From: Longimicrobiales bacterium
GTDB lineage: Bacteria; Gemmatimonadota; Gemmatimonadetes; Longimicrobiales; Gaopeijiaceae
DNA length: 64,000 nucleotides
Assembly: GCA_965204735.1 (NCBI GenBank)
Contig: OZ242008.1
Location: forward strand, 192,001 to 256,000
Reading direction: 5' to 3'
In this document: positions 10,326-20,511 of the stretch, piece by piece
How the letters are laid out: each line of letters starts with the position of its first letter
Position numbering within the stretch: the stretch's first letter is position 1
Position numbers and translations under genes: made by a program
The notes under the pieces: model-generated
What the model was told of the DNA's origin: nothing
Databases searched by the model: none
Seen by the model: only the letters and a program-made list of their open reading frames with translations

Positions 10326-10359
10326 GGCGGCTTCCACGCCCAATCGCAAGGAGGATCGA

Positions 10360-11403
10360 ATGAGCCGCTTTGTCCGGAAGGACCGGGCCAAGGCCCTGGT
10401 CGCAGTCGTCCGTACGTTGCTCGTGGGCCTGTTGTTGGGCCCAGCCGCGGCCTTGGACGCTCAGCGCCAATGGTTGCCGCCCCCCGTGGAAGTTGTTGCG
10501 TGGGAGGATGTCGACGGGAATGTCCTTGGGGGGCGTCCGCTGCAGATCGAGGGCAGTCCGCGAGGAGGGTTGGTCGTGGCCGACTGGGGAGACTTCTCCA
10601 TTCGCGAGTTGTCTGCTTCCGGCGAACTCGTCTGGAAGTTCGGACGAAGCGGCCCGGGACCTGGCGAGTTTCTCGCCATTCTGGACTTGCACTTTGCCGA
10701 CGACGGAAACCTGCACGTCCTCGACCCACGGAATCGCCGGGTGACGGTCGTCAGCGCGACAGGCGATCTTGTCGAGAGTGTGCCCGTCCCGGGTGGGGAG
10801 CCGGCAGCGCTGTTGCCCGCGTCCTTCGACCCCGGGTACTTCGCCGTCGTGCCGCACACCAACAAGAAGGACACCTTGTGGAGGTCGTTCTCAAAAACCG
10901 GCGTTCGGCATCGGACCGTGCTCATGCCGTCGGAAGTGGCGTTCGATCATGACTTGGCAGGCGAGGGTTGGGCCGCGGAGATACCGGGCGGTCGCGCGGT
11001 AGTCTTTTTTCGATGGTCCAGCCGGATGATCATCTTGGACGCCGACGGCAATGCAAGCGTTGTTGCGGACGGAATAGAGGCGATCCCTTTTCCCGAACTC
11101 GTCGCAGTCGAACGATCGGGGCCCGGCTGGACCGTTAGTGGATTCAAGGTCGATCCCAAAGCCGTGAAGGCAGCGCGGGGAGCGACGGCCACTGCGTCCC
11201 GCATCTTTGTGCTGTACTTGGGAACCACTGGCCATGCAGGGCGTGTGGTGGACACCTATTCGACGCATGACGGCGAGTACCTTGGATCCTACCTGTTCCC
11301 ACGCAGCGTGGACGCGATTGCCGTTCTCGCAGACGGTCGGCTTGCGACTCTTGAGAACCGACTGGTTCCGACCCTTCGCCTGTGGGACCTGTCTGTCGAC
11401 TAA
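10360..11403 (+). CDS. Secreted 6-bladed beta-propeller protein
   Basis: Signal peptide (..ALDA|Q); FGRSGPGPGEF; LHVLDPRNRRVTVV. Confidence 0.82.
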   Translation: MSRFVRKDRAKALVAVVRTLLVGLLLGPAAALDAQRQWLPPPVEVVAWEDVDGNVLGGRPLQIEGSPRGGLVVADWGDFSIRELSASGELVWKFGRSGPGPGEFLAILDLHFADDGNLHVLDPRNRRVTVVSATGDLVESVPVPGGEPAALLPASFDPGYFAVVPHTNKKDTLWRSFSKTGVRHRTVLMPSEVAFDHDLAGEGWAAEIPGGRAVVFFRWSSRMIILDADGNASVVADGIEAIPFPELVAVERSGPGWTVSGFKVDPKAVKAARGATATASRIFVLYLGTTGHAGRVVDTYSTHDGEYLGSYLFPRSVDAIAVLADGRLATLENRLVPTLRLWDLSVD

Positions 11404-12770
11404 GGCTCCGCCGCCAGCTCGTCGTACAGGCGCGCTAGCGTCTCGATCCCCTTCTCGAAGCACTCGGTGGCGAACCACTCGTTGGGGGCGTGCATGTTGC
11501 ATCCGGGGAGCGCGAAGCCCAGCAGCAACGTCTCCGCGCCGAGGATCTCCTCCAGCTCCACCACGATGGGGATGCTGCCGCCTTCCCCCGCCAGCACGGG
11601 CGGCGCGCCGAACGCCTGCTGCAGCGCACGCGACGCCGCGTCGAAGAGAGGACCGCCCACCGTCGCCCTCCACGGCCGCCCGCCGTGGAGCTCCACCACT
11701 TCCAGCGCGATCCCCGGCGGCGCGACCTGCCGCAGGTGCGCCTCCAGCAGCTCCCGCACCCGCTCCGGCGTCTGGTCGGGCACCAGCCGGAAGCTGACCT
11801 TCGCGGTCGCCGAAGCCGGCAACACGGTCTTGGCCCCCTCGCCCGTGTAGCCCGAGAGGATTCCGTTCACGTCGCAGCAAGGGCGGGTCCACACTCGCTC
11901 CAGCAACGAGCGGCCGGCCTCGCCGCCCGCCGGCGTCGTGCCGACTTCCGCAGCGTACTCGTCCTCGTCGAAGGGCAGCCGACGAATCCCCTCCAGCGCC
12001 TCGGGCGGCGGATCGACCACGTCGTCGTAGAAGCCGGGGACGGCGATCCGCCCCGCGTCGTCGTGCAGGCCGGCCACGATCCGGGCCAGGGCGTTGGCCG
12101 GATTGGCCACTGCGCCCCCGTACGCCCCCGAGTGCAGGTCGCTCGACGGCCCCTTGGCGTGCAGCTCGAAGTAGGCCAGCCCCCGCAGCGAGAAGAGGAG
12201 CGAAGGCACGCCCGGCGCGAACATCGCCGAATCCGAGATCACCACGGCGTCCGCCCGCAGCCGCTCCCGACGTTCCTTCACGAAGGGGACCAGGTTCGGC
12301 GAGCCCACCTCCTCTTCGCCCTCTGCCAGCACCACCACGTTGACCGGCAGCGCCCCCTTGGTCGCCAGGTGCGCCTCCAGAGCCTTCAGGTGCAGGAAGA
12401 GCTGGCCCTTGTCGTCGGCGGACCCTCTGGCGTAGATGCGGCCGTCCCGCACTTCGGGCTCGAACGGGGGCGACTCCCACAGGTCGAGGGGTTCGGGCGG
12501 CTGCACGTCGTAGTGACCGTAGATCAGCACCGTGGCCGCGTCGGCGCCTGCCCCTCGCCACTCTCCCACCACCACCGGGTGGCCCGGCGTCGCGTGCACC
12601 TGCGCTTCCAGGCCCGCTCCCGAAAGCTGGTCCCGCACCCAGTGGGCCGCCCGCGCCACGTCGCCGTCGTGCTCCGACTTGGCCGAGACCGACGGGATGC
12701 GCAGAAACTCCCACAGCTCGTCGTAGAAGCGGGAGCGCTCGGCCCGGACGAACTCGAGGGGTCCGGTCAT
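11400..12770 (-). CDS. M20 family dipeptidase (ArgE/DapE/CNDP-like)
   Basis: YGHYDVQP, YARGSADDKGQ, EGEEEVGS, DLHSG, GGSIP, HAPNE. Confidence 0.93.
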   Translation of the reverse strand: MTGPLEFVRAERSRFYDELWEFLRIPSVSAKSEHDGDVARAAHWVRDQLSGAGLEAQVHATPGHPVVVGEWRGAGADAATVLIYGHYDVQPPEPLDLWESPPFEPEVRDGRIYARGSADDKGQLFLHLKALEAHLATKGALPVNVVVLAEGEEEVGSPNLVPFVKERRERLRADAVVISDSAMFAPGVPSLLFSLRGLAYFELHAKGPSSDLHSGAYGGAVANPANALARIVAGLHDDAGRIAVPGFYDDVVDPPPEALEGIRRLPFDEDEYAAEVGTTPAGGEAGRSLLERVWTRPCCDVNGILSGYTGEGAKTVLPASATAKVSFRLVPDQTPERVRELLEAHLRQVAPPGIALEVVELHGGRPWRATVGGPLFDAASRALQQAFGAPPVLAGEGGSIPIVVELEEILGAETLLLGFALPGCNMHAPNEWFATECFEKGIETLARLYDELAAEP

Positions 12771-12786
12771 GGCCGACGGGAGCCGG

Positions 12787-13065
12787 TCAAGTCAGCCCCT
12801 TGACCCCCCAGCGGTAGAGCCAGCCCATCATCGCCGAGAAGACGAACGCGCCGGCCATCCCGCCCAGGCTCAGCGCCCTCGGGTCGTCGAACTCGAAGAT
12901 GCCGACGCCGAGCATCCCGCCGATGGCGGCCGCGAAGGCGCCCAGCAGGAAGAGGAGCGTCGAGTGTCCAGGGGTCTCGCGCGGGTTCTTCACGAGGAGC
13001 TTCATGGAGAGCCCCACGACCCCGCCCATCACGACCCAGACCGCAACACCGATCCAGTTTTCCAT
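12787..13065 (-). CDS. Small 3-TM membrane protein (GlsB/YeaQ/YmgE-like)
   Basis: Three Gly-rich hydrophobic helices; co-oriented with its neighbours. Confidence 0.7.
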   Translation of the reverse strand: MENWIGVAVWVVMGGVVGLSMKLLVKNPRETPGHSTLLFLLGAFAAAIGGMLGVGIFEFDDPRALSLGGMAGAFVFSAMMGWLYRWGVKGLT

Positions 13066-13074
13066 GTCCGAAAG

Positions 13075-13713
13075 CTACTTCCTTCCCATGCGTCGCTTCA
13101 ACTCGTCGAGGCGCGTGTCCGCACTCCGCTGCCGGCGGGAGGCGCCGAGCTCGCGGTCGAAGCCGGCGGCGTCGCGGACCCCTTCGGCCGTCGCGTCCTC
13201 GCCGCCGACCTTCTCGGCCATCCGGTCGAACTCCCCGAAGAGGTCGTCCGGGTCGCTCAGGGAGGAGCGCGCCCGAGTTCGCCCCGCGGTGGCGGCCATG
13301 GCGCTGCGCTTGGCCTGGGCCTCCTTGATCTGCTTCAGCATCTCCCGGTACTCGGAGTCCCTAAGGCGAATCTCGGCCTCGATCGCGTCGGCCTTCTCCG
13401 ACAGCACCCGCCGGCGCTCCGCGTGCCTTGCCCCGAACTCCGCGGCGACCTCGGCCGTCTCCTGGTCGCCGATCTCCCGGGCCATCGCCTCGCGCCGGCC
13501 GCACGTCTCGACCTCGCGACTCTCGGCCGCCGCGGCCTTCCGAGCCCGCTCCAGCTCCCGCTTCAGGCCGTCCAGCGCCGCCTTGGCGTCCACGGCCTCC
13601 CGCTCCATGCCCCTGACCAGGGAGTCCACCATCTCGGGGACCTGATCCCGGCCCACTTCTTGGTGGAAGTTCTCCACGGCCTCTCTGAACGCCCTGCGAA
13701 GGTTGTCGAACAT
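13075..13713 (-). CDS. PspA/IM30-like coiled-coil protein
   Basis: From MFDNLRRAFREAVENF; long charged helices; FGEFDRMAEKV and LDELKRRMG C-terminus. Confidence 0.7.
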   Translation of the reverse strand: MFDNLRRAFREAVENFHQEVGRDQVPEMVDSLVRGMEREAVDAKAALDGLKRELERARKAAAAESREVETCGRREAMAREIGDQETAEVAAEFGARHAERRRVLSEKADAIEAEIRLRDSEYREMLKQIKEAQAKRSAMAATAGRTRARSSLSDPDDLFGEFDRMAEKVGGEDATAEGVRDAAGFDRELGASRRQRSADTRLDELKRRMGRK

Positions 13714-13745
13714 GGCGGGGATTATAGACGGATCAGCGGCCGTCG

Positions 13746-14969
13746 TCACCCCGGGTCGGCGGTTGGCGAGCCGACCCCGCCTCCCGGCCGAGCCGAGGCT
13801 CCAGGCGCCGGCGAGTCCGAAACCCCAGGTCCCGGCCCGTTCGCGCCCGGTGCTTCCTGCCGGCGAGCCATCCAGTGCAGCACGCCGCCCTCCGAGACCC
13901 CCGCATAGAGGGCGCGCTCCGGCTCCGGGGGCCGGTCGAGGGACGCCAGCGCGCGCTCCGCCGCCTCCGACACCGCTCGGAGCGCTTCCGCCTCCACTTC
14001 CTCCAGCGTTCCGGCCGACACCCCCTCGTCGGCCAAGTACGCCTCCAGGAGCCCCACCGGGTCTCGCCGCCCCCACTCCCGAAAGCGCTCCTCCGAGAAC
14101 GTCTGCCGCGCCTCGCGCTCGTCGTGGGTTGCGTGCCCCCCCATCCGGAAGGTCTCGGCCACGACCACCGCCGGGCCGCGGCCGGCGAGGCACCGCTCCC
14201 GGGCCAGGGCCGTGGCCGCGTAGACGTCCAGCACGTTGTTGCCGTCGCAGGTCCATGCCGCGATTCCGTAGGCCGCCGGCATCGCCTCAAGCTTGCCGGG
14301 CAGGTGGCGGTCGGTTCGCGTGCCCAGGGCGACCTGGTTGTTCTGGACCACGAAGATCGCCGGAACCCGCAGGCGCGCCGCGAAGACGAGCCCCTCGTGA
14401 CACGCCGCCGTCCGCGTGGCGCCGTCGCCCGCCCACGTCAGGGCCACCCGCGCTTCGCCCCGGCTGCGGAACGCGAAGGCGAGCCCGGCAACGACGGCGA
14501 CGCTGGTGCCCATGTGGCTGATCGGCTGGACGACTCCACGGCGCAGGTCGCCCATGTGCAGGTCCCGTCCCCCGCTGGGACTGTCCGCGGTGGCCAGGTA
14601 GCCGGTGAAGCCGTGCTCCAGCGGCATCCCCATCATGTGGCAGGCCCCGGCGTTGCGGATCATGGGCGACACCACGTCCGCGCCCCGGTCCAGCGCGGCC
14701 ACGGCGCCCACCGTGACCGCCTCCTCGCCGGTGCCCAGCCACGCCTTGCTGATCTTCCCGTGGCGCACCCAGCGCTTCAGCTCGACGTCCTGGAGGCGCG
14801 TAAGGAGCAGGTCCCGGTAGAGCCCCAGAAGGCCGGCCTGCCCGAGTCCCTCCACGCGAGCGCGCCGGGCCGGGTCGTCGGCGACGCGAAGCCGGTACTC
14901 CCGGACCAGGTCGGGGGCCGGGGTCCACGTCACGTACTCGGGAGGATCGAGGGACGGGTAGCGCTTCAA
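13746..14969 (-). CDS. TPP-dependent dehydrogenase E1 alpha subunit
   Basis: GTGEEAV, GDGATRTAACHEG...VVQNNQVA (GDG-x24-NN TPP motif), FRMGGHATHD. TTG start inferred. Confidence 0.88.
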   Translation of the reverse strand: MKRYPSLDPPEYVTWTPAPDLVREYRLRVADDPARRARVEGLGQAGLLGLYRDLLLTRLQDVELKRWVRHGKISKAWLGTGEEAVTVGAVAALDRGADVVSPMIRNAGACHMMGMPLEHGFTGYLATADSPSGGRDLHMGDLRRGVVQPISHMGTSVAVVAGLAFAFRSRGEARVALTWAGDGATRTAACHEGLVFAARLRVPAIFVVQNNQVALGTRTDRHLPGKLEAMPAAYGIAAWTCDGNNVLDVYAATALARERCLAGRGPAVVVAETFRMGGHATHDEREARQTFSEERFREWGRRDPVGLLEAYLADEGVSAGTLEEVEAEALRAVSEAAERALASLDRPPEPERALYAGVSEGGVLHWMARRQEAPGANGPGPGVSDSPAPGASARPGGGVGSPTADPG

Positions 14970-15095
14970 GGGAGGACCGAGGGGCAAGGGGGTCGAGGAG
15001 CGCGCGGGGACCGGCGCAACCCGGGTACGGCGACGCCAAGCACGATCGAGGGGTCGAGGCGCACGCGGGGACCGGCGGTCCGACGCGGGGAACTT

Positions 15096-15150
15096 ACTTC
15101 GGCCTCGCCGGGGGACCAACGACACTTCAGCCTCGCCGGGGGACCAACGA
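15096..15150 (+). repeat. Tandem 27-bp direct repeat (period 28) in divergent intergenic region
   Basis: acttc[g/a]gcctcgccgggggaccaacga x2. Confidence 0.85.
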
Positions 15151-15348
15151 ACAGCGGGTTCGCGAGCGAACGGGACTCCGACGGACGGCGGGACCTCCGC
15201 GAGCGTCTTGCCTTCGGCGGGCTGGTCTGCCTTCGGCGGGTTGCCCAGGGCGCCGGCACCCCCGACATTTGCAGGGAGGCGCCGTGCCGGGGGGACGCGC
15301 CACGGGGGATCGGAGGGCACCGACCACGCACCGACGGGAGCAACCACG

Positions 15349-15954
15349 CTGAGTTCCCAAAAGGCACAGATCGCCGCCGACGTGGCGCTGGCCATGTTCG
15401 AGGCCCTCCAGCACAAGGACCGTCCCGACGAAGTGCTTGAAGACGAGGACGTCTCGCGAACGATGCCCCGCCGCCTGGGGTTGAGCGACGTGATCGACCG
15501 CCAAGTCCGCTTCCAGCGCGAGAACGTGCGGCAGGGGAACAAGTTCACCGTGGACGAGCTCGCCGAGTTCATGCGGCTCACGCTCCGCCGCCCCGACTCG
15601 CGGGAGATCTTCTTCGACACTGGCGCGCGGCTGTCGGCCAAGGGCGCCGGGCTGACGCGACTCCTTCCGCGCCGCCTGCGCTTCGTCGCCGCCAAGCGCC
15701 GGATCCGGAAGTGCCTGGGCCAGCTCTTCGCTCGTCGGCTGGGCGGGTTCCTCTCGGGTCCCTTCGCCTTCGAGACGTCGGCGTCTCCCTTCGTGCAGGT
15801 GGACGAGACGGGCGAAGCGTGCCACCTGCTGTCCGGGCTCTGCCAGCAGGCGCTGCGGGACGTGGTGGACAGCGGGCTGACGGTGGCGAAGGTCGCCTGC
15901 GAGACCAAGGGCGACCCGTCGTGCCGGTGGGTGCTGACGGACGACGCCGAGTAG
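15349..15954 (+). CDS. V4R-like domain protein (start uncertain)
   Basis: ACHLLSG ... ACETKGDPSCRW C-terminus resembles V4R Cys motifs. Confidence 0.6.
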   Translation: MSSQKAQIAADVALAMFEALQHKDRPDEVLEDEDVSRTMPRRLGLSDVIDRQVRFQRENVRQGNKFTVDELAEFMRLTLRRPDSREIFFDTGARLSAKGAGLTRLLPRRLRFVAAKRRIRKCLGQLFARRLGGFLSGPFAFETSASPFVQVDETGEACHLLSGLCQQALRDVVDSGLTVAKVACETKGDPSCRWVLTDDAE

Positions 15955-16010
15955 CTTCCCGACGTTTCTTCGGGGCCCCGCCGGGTCCCTCGGGCTCGAA
16001 CCCCGCTCGC

Positions 16011-16445
16011 CTATTCCCCGCCCACGTGGTACAGCATCACGTACACGATCAGGCCGGTGACGGAGACGTAGAGCCACAAGGGGAAGGTCCAGCGCGCCAG
16101 CTTGGCGTGGGCCTTGAACCGCCGCCGGCGGACCAGGAGCAGCAGGCGCGCCACCATGGGGACGATCGCCGCCGCCAGCGCCATGTGGCTGAAGAGGATC
16201 GACAGGTAGACGGCGCGGAGCGGCGCCGGTCCCTCGAAGCGGTGAGTCCCCGTCAGCGAGAAGCGCACCACGTAGAAGACCAGAAAGAGCGCCGCCGCCG
16301 TCACCGCGCCGATCATGCACTTGCGGTGCCGCGCCAGGTCCCGGCGGCGCACGAAGCGAAGCCCGGCGACCAGGAGCACCGCGCTGGAAAGGTTCAGGAA
16401 GGCGTTCACCGTCGCCAATCCGGCCCCGAACGCCTCGACCGTCAC
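16011..16445 (-). CDS. DUF420 family membrane protein (cytochrome oxidase assembly-associated)
   Basis: VNAFLNLSSAVLL, HRKCM, YLSILFSH, HAKLARWTFPLWLYVSVTGLIVYVML. Confidence 0.9.
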   Translation of the reverse strand: MTVEAFGAGLATVNAFLNLSSAVLLVAGLRFVRRRDLARHRKCMIGAVTAAALFLVFYVVRFSLTGTHRFEGPAPLRAVYLSILFSHMALAAAIVPMVARLLLLVRRRRFKAHAKLARWTFPLWLYVSVTGLIVYVMLYHVGGE

Positions 16446-17377
16446 GGGGCGCCGGCGGCGGGTGCCGGTTCCGGCCGCTCGTCGACCCCGCCGGCCCCGC
16501 CGGCCCGAGCACGCCCGGCGGCCGTCGCCGCCAGCGTCAGGAGCACGGCGGCCAGCAGCGTGTGGGCCGACACCCAGGGAGCGCCCAGCCGCTGGGCCAC
16601 CGAGACGAACCCCAGCAGCATCTGGGAGACGACGACGACGGCCATGCCCGCCGCCAGCCGACGAGCCGCGGGTTCCCGCACCCGACGCAGCACCCGCCAA
16701 GCGTGCCAGAGCACCATCCCGACGACCAGCACGCCCAGCGCCCTGTGCTGGAAGTGGATCGCCACGAGGGGATGGTCGAGCGGGGGCGCCAGCCGGCCCA
16801 GGCAGAGGGGCACATCGGGACACGCGACCCCGGCGTCGGTGTGGCGCACCACTGCTCCGCCCACCGACTGGAGGAAGACCGCCCACGTTCCCGCCACCCC
16901 CGTCCGTCGCGTCGCTCGCCGGTCGCGCTCCGTGCCCGTCCACCCCGGCCCGGTGCGCTCCAGCATCGCCACGACCACAACGAGAAAGGCGAAGGCCATG
17001 GCCAGGTGGGCCGTGGACACCGCGTCCGGCAGCTTGTAGATCACCGTCGCGCCCCCCAGCAGCGACTGCACCACCAGCTGTGCCAGCCCGACCGCGCCCA
17101 GCCAAAGGAGGTCGCCGCGCCCGGGATGCGCGCGCCGCACCAAGACCACCGCCGCCGCGAAGAGGAGCACGAGGGCGCCGGCCCAGAGGCGGTGCAGGTG
17201 CTCCCAGAAGACGCCGCCGGTCATCTCGGGCATCATCGAGCCGAAGCAGGTGGGCCAGTCGGGGCAGGCCAAGCTGGACTCGGTGGCGTGCACCACGCTG
17301 CCCAGAAGCAGCAGCGCCAGCGTCCACAGCAGGACGAAGAAGAGGAACCTTCGCGCGCCCCGCGCCCTGCCCGTCAA
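16442..17377 (-). CDS. ctaA: Heme A synthase COX15/CtaA
   Basis: SSLACPDWPTCFG, WEHLHR, Q.LLGG, AH; repeated in the second half (ACPDVPLC, HFQHR). Confidence 0.88.
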   Translation of the reverse strand: MTGRARGARRFLFFVLLWTLALLLLGSVVHATESSLACPDWPTCFGSMMPEMTGGVFWEHLHRLWAGALVLLFAAAVVLVRRAHPGRGDLLWLGAVGLAQLVVQSLLGGATVIYKLPDAVSTAHLAMAFAFLVVVVAMLERTGPGWTGTERDRRATRRTGVAGTWAVFLQSVGGAVVRHTDAGVACPDVPLCLGRLAPPLDHPLVAIHFQHRALGVLVVGMVLWHAWRVLRRVREPAARRLAAGMAVVVVSQMLLGFVSVAQRLGAPWVSAHTLLAAVLLTLAATAAGRARAGGAGGVDERPEPAPAAGAP

Positions 17378-17378
17378 C

Positions 17379-19214
17379 TCAGAGCTCCTCCTCCAGCCAG
17401 GCGTAGCGCCCGTCCATGGCGGCCCGAGCCGTGCGGTAGGTGCTGGCGTCGTCGTTGCGGAAGACCTGGCGGAACCGGGCCGCGATCCGTCGCCGAGCCA
17501 GCGCGCACGCCTGGTCCGCCAGCTCGAACGGGGCCGGGTCGTCGGGCCGCTCGTCGGCCAGCTTCATCGCCCTGGCGCAGCAGGACGCCATGACGAAGAG
17601 GTCGCAGCCGATGTCCACGAGGCGCCCCAGGACCGCTTGGCGGCGCTCGAGCTTGGGACCGAAGCGGACCATGCAGTGGAAGATCGTCCGGGCCAGCCGA
17701 CGGGAGGCCCGGTCGGCGTAGCGCATGTGGCCGGCCAGCGCGCCGAAGCTCCGGTAGCGGGGCCAGCGGCCCCATCCCAGCCAACGGGAGGGGTACCAGG
17801 CGGCGTAGTGGACCGCCGCCCGAAGCGCCGAGGCCGCCCGCCGCCCCGCCGGCGCGCGGGGGTCGATCATCTCGCCCGCCACCGCCAAGTGCTGGTCCAC
17901 GGCCTCTCGGGCGATGAAGAGCCGCATGATCTCGCTGGACCCCTCGAAGATCATGTTGATCCGCGAGTCCCGCAGGGCGCGCTCAAGGGGCGCCGGGTCC
18001 TCGCCCCGCTGCCGCAGCGAGTCCGCCGTCTCGTACCCTCTGCCGCCCCGGATCTGCACGGCGTCGTTCACCAGCTCCCACGCCTTCTCGCTGTGCCAGA
18101 GCTTGGCCGACGCCGCCTCGAGCCGGATGTCCAGCTTCTTGCCGTCGGAGATCGCGGCCGCCAGCTCCACCGCTGCCGCCATGGCGTAGGTCTCGGCCGC
18201 CATCCGCCCCAGCATCTGGGCGACGGCGTCGTGCTTCCCCACGGGCCGCCCCCACTGGACCCGCTCCGCCGCCCACCGCCGGCACGTGGCCAGGTACGAC
18301 TTGGCCGCCGCCGCGCAGAAGGCCGGCAGGGCCAGCCGTCCGGTGTTGAGGGTGATCAGCGCCAGCTTCAGGCCCAGTCCCTCGCCCCACAGCAGGTTCT
18401 CCCGGGGCACCTTCACGTCCTGGAAGCGGAGCACGCCGTTGGAGATGCCGTTCAGCCCCATGAAGCGGCACTGGTGGCCGTTCTCGACGCCCGGCCACGC
18501 CGTCTCCACGATGAAGGCGCTGATCGGGCGCTTGCCGCGCACCCCCTCCCGCGCCGGAGTCCGCGCCATCACCACGAGAAGCTCGGCCCGGGGACCGTTG
18601 GTCGTCCACAGCTTCTCCCCGTTGAGCACGTAGTGGCTCCCGTCCTCCGACGGCTGGGCGAAGGTGGACATGTTGGCCGGGTCCGATCCCACCATCGGCT
18701 CCGTGAGGGCGAAGGCCGAGAGCGCGCCCGCCGCCGCCCGGGGCAGGTACTCGCGCTTCTGCTCCTCGGTTCCGAAGAGCGCCAAGGGCGTGGGCACGCC
18801 TATGGACTGATGGGCCGAGAGGAAGGCCGCCGTGGAGCCGCACCGCGAGGCCACGATGCCCAGCGCCCGGTTGTAGGAGGTCTGGGAGAGCCCCAGTCCG
18901 CCGTACTCGGTGGGAATCTTGATCCCGTACGCGCCGATCTCGGCCAAGCCCTTCAGCACCGAGTCCGGCACCCACTGCTCCCGGTCCACCGCGTCGCCGT
19001 CCACGTGCTCCTCGACGAACGCCGCCAGCCGCTTCAGGAAGGGCGCGGCCCGGGCCGCCTCCTCCGGGTCCTGCTCCGGGTGCGGATGGATCAGGTCCAG
19101 CGAGAGCCGCCCCCCGAAGAGCTCCTTCATGAAGCTGCGCTTCCGCCACCCTTCCTCGCGCGCGCCCTCGGCGACCGCCCTGGACTCGTCGGCCCCTGCG
19201 GGTCTGCTGCTCAT
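17379..19214 (-). CDS. Acyl-CoA dehydrogenase
   Basis: AFALTEPMVGSDPA, LNGEKLWTTNG, LNTGR, RVQWGRPVG, QIRGGRGYE, IFEGSSEI. Confidence 0.93.
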   Translation of the reverse strand: MSSRPAGADESRAVAEGAREEGWRKRSFMKELFGGRLSLDLIHPHPEQDPEEAARAAPFLKRLAAFVEEHVDGDAVDREQWVPDSVLKGLAEIGAYGIKIPTEYGGLGLSQTSYNRALGIVASRCGSTAAFLSAHQSIGVPTPLALFGTEEQKREYLPRAAAGALSAFALTEPMVGSDPANMSTFAQPSEDGSHYVLNGEKLWTTNGPRAELLVVMARTPAREGVRGKRPISAFIVETAWPGVENGHQCRFMGLNGISNGVLRFQDVKVPRENLLWGEGLGLKLALITLNTGRLALPAFCAAAAKSYLATCRRWAAERVQWGRPVGKHDAVAQMLGRMAAETYAMAAAVELAAAISDGKKLDIRLEAASAKLWHSEKAWELVNDAVQIRGGRGYETADSLRQRGEDPAPLERALRDSRINMIFEGSSEIMRLFIAREAVDQHLAVAGEMIDPRAPAGRRAASALRAAVHYAAWYPSRWLGWGRWPRYRSFGALAGHMRYADRASRRLARTIFHCMVRFGPKLERRQAVLGRLVDIGCDLFVMASCCARAMKLADERPDDPAPFELADQACALARRRIAARFRQVFRNDDASTYRTARAAMDGRYAWLEEEL

Positions 19215-20440
19215 CGGCTTCCTGCTCCTTCCTCGGCGGGCGCCGGCGGAGGCCCGACCAAGGCTGCCAGCTCCTCGTGGCGAGCCTCGGCGTCGGCCTC
19301 GCCCACCCGGATCAGCTCCGCCACGTAGTCGGGCTGAAACATGATCATACTAAGGAAGTCCGGCGCCTCCGTCTGCCGGGTCCCCAGCCCCCGCGTCATG
19401 AAGCGCAGCCCCTTGGGCAGGTCGGGCTCGTAGCGGCTCGCCAGCCGGCCCAGGTCCACCGACGGCCGGATCGTCACCAGCTTCACCACCCGCAGCCCCA
19501 GCCTGCGCTCCGGCGGCAGCTGGGCGACCAGGGCGTTGATCCGGTCCAGCAGGTGCCCGTCCTGGTCCAGCACGTCGAGGAAGACCGAGTTGAGGAGGAT
19601 GCCTGCGACTTGGGCCGGCGGGGGGTAGCCCGTGACCGAGGGCGCGTCCGCCTCCGACGCCGTGCGCTCCCGCCGCGTGCTGACCGCCAGGATGCGGGAG
19701 GCGCCCAGGTGAAGCGCGGGCGCGAGAGGGGCCGTGAGGCGGATGCCGCCGTCGCCGAACCAGTGGGCGCCGAGCCGCACCGCGGGGAAGACCAGCGGCA
19801 GCGCGGCCGAGGCCATGACGTGGTCGACCGAGAGGGTCGTCACTCGGGAGCGCCGGTTCGGCTTCTGCCACTCCTCGATGTCGTGGCCCTGGGTCCAGGT
19901 GACCGACTGGCCCGTGGAGTAGTTGGTCGTGCTCAGCGCCACCGCCTTCAGCCTTCCTGTGCGCAAGTTGTAGTTGATCCCCGTCAGCTCGCCGCGCACC
20001 GCGTGGAGCGCCTCGACCAAGTAGGCCCGCAGCGGGTCGGTGTCCAGCAGCCCCACCGCCCGCGGCGGACGCTTCCCGCCCCCGGACACGAGCTGCCGGC
20101 CCCAGCGCGCGACGTGGCGCGCCAGCGACCACGGGTCGGTGCGGAAGACCTTCTCGGTGCTCAACTCGGACCAGAGGTGGTGCAGCTCCTCGGCGGCCTG
20201 CTCGAAGGTGCCGTGGTGGGCGGCGAAGTGCGCCGCGTTGATCGCCCCCGCGCTCACGCCGGTGATGATCGGCGCCTCGAGCCGGGGGAAGCGGCGCGCC
20301 AGGGAGCGGAGCACCCCCACCTGGTACGCGGCCCTCGCCCCGCCGCCGCTCATGACGAACGCCAGGTCGCCGCCGGGCGCCGCGACGCCCTCGCCCCGCT
20401 TCGCCTGTTCCTCGCCCCGCGCTGGGTCCTTGCTCCGCAT
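19211..20440 (-). CDS. Patatin-like phospholipase
   Basis: SGGGARAAYQVG, GVSAG nucleophile motif, DGG. Confidence 0.92.
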   Translation of the reverse strand: MRSKDPARGEEQAKRGEGVAAPGGDLAFVMSGGGARAAYQVGVLRSLARRFPRLEAPIITGVSAGAINAAHFAAHHGTFEQAAEELHHLWSELSTEKVFRTDPWSLARHVARWGRQLVSGGGKRPPRAVGLLDTDPLRAYLVEALHAVRGELTGINYNLRTGRLKAVALSTTNYSTGQSVTWTQGHDIEEWQKPNRRSRVTTLSVDHVMASAALPLVFPAVRLGAHWFGDGGIRLTAPLAPALHLGASRILAVSTRRERTASEADAPSVTGYPPPAQVAGILLNSVFLDVLDQDGHLLDRINALVAQLPPERRLGLRVVKLVTIRPSVDLGRLASRYEPDLPKGLRFMTRGLGTRQTEAPDFLSMIMFQPDYVAELIRVGEADAEARHEELAALVGPPPAPAEEGAGSR

Positions 20441-20511
20441 TGCCGGCTCCGTTGAAGGGGGAGGCGTCCGGTCAAGATACCCTTGCTTGACGCATCGGCG
20501 CATGGTCCCAA

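Noticed and set aside
7183..10857. 1224-aa minus-strand ORF and similar long Arg/Gly/Pro-rich ORFs throughout
   Set aside because: They overlap well-supported genes on the other strand or frame; stop-codon scarcity at high GC explains them.
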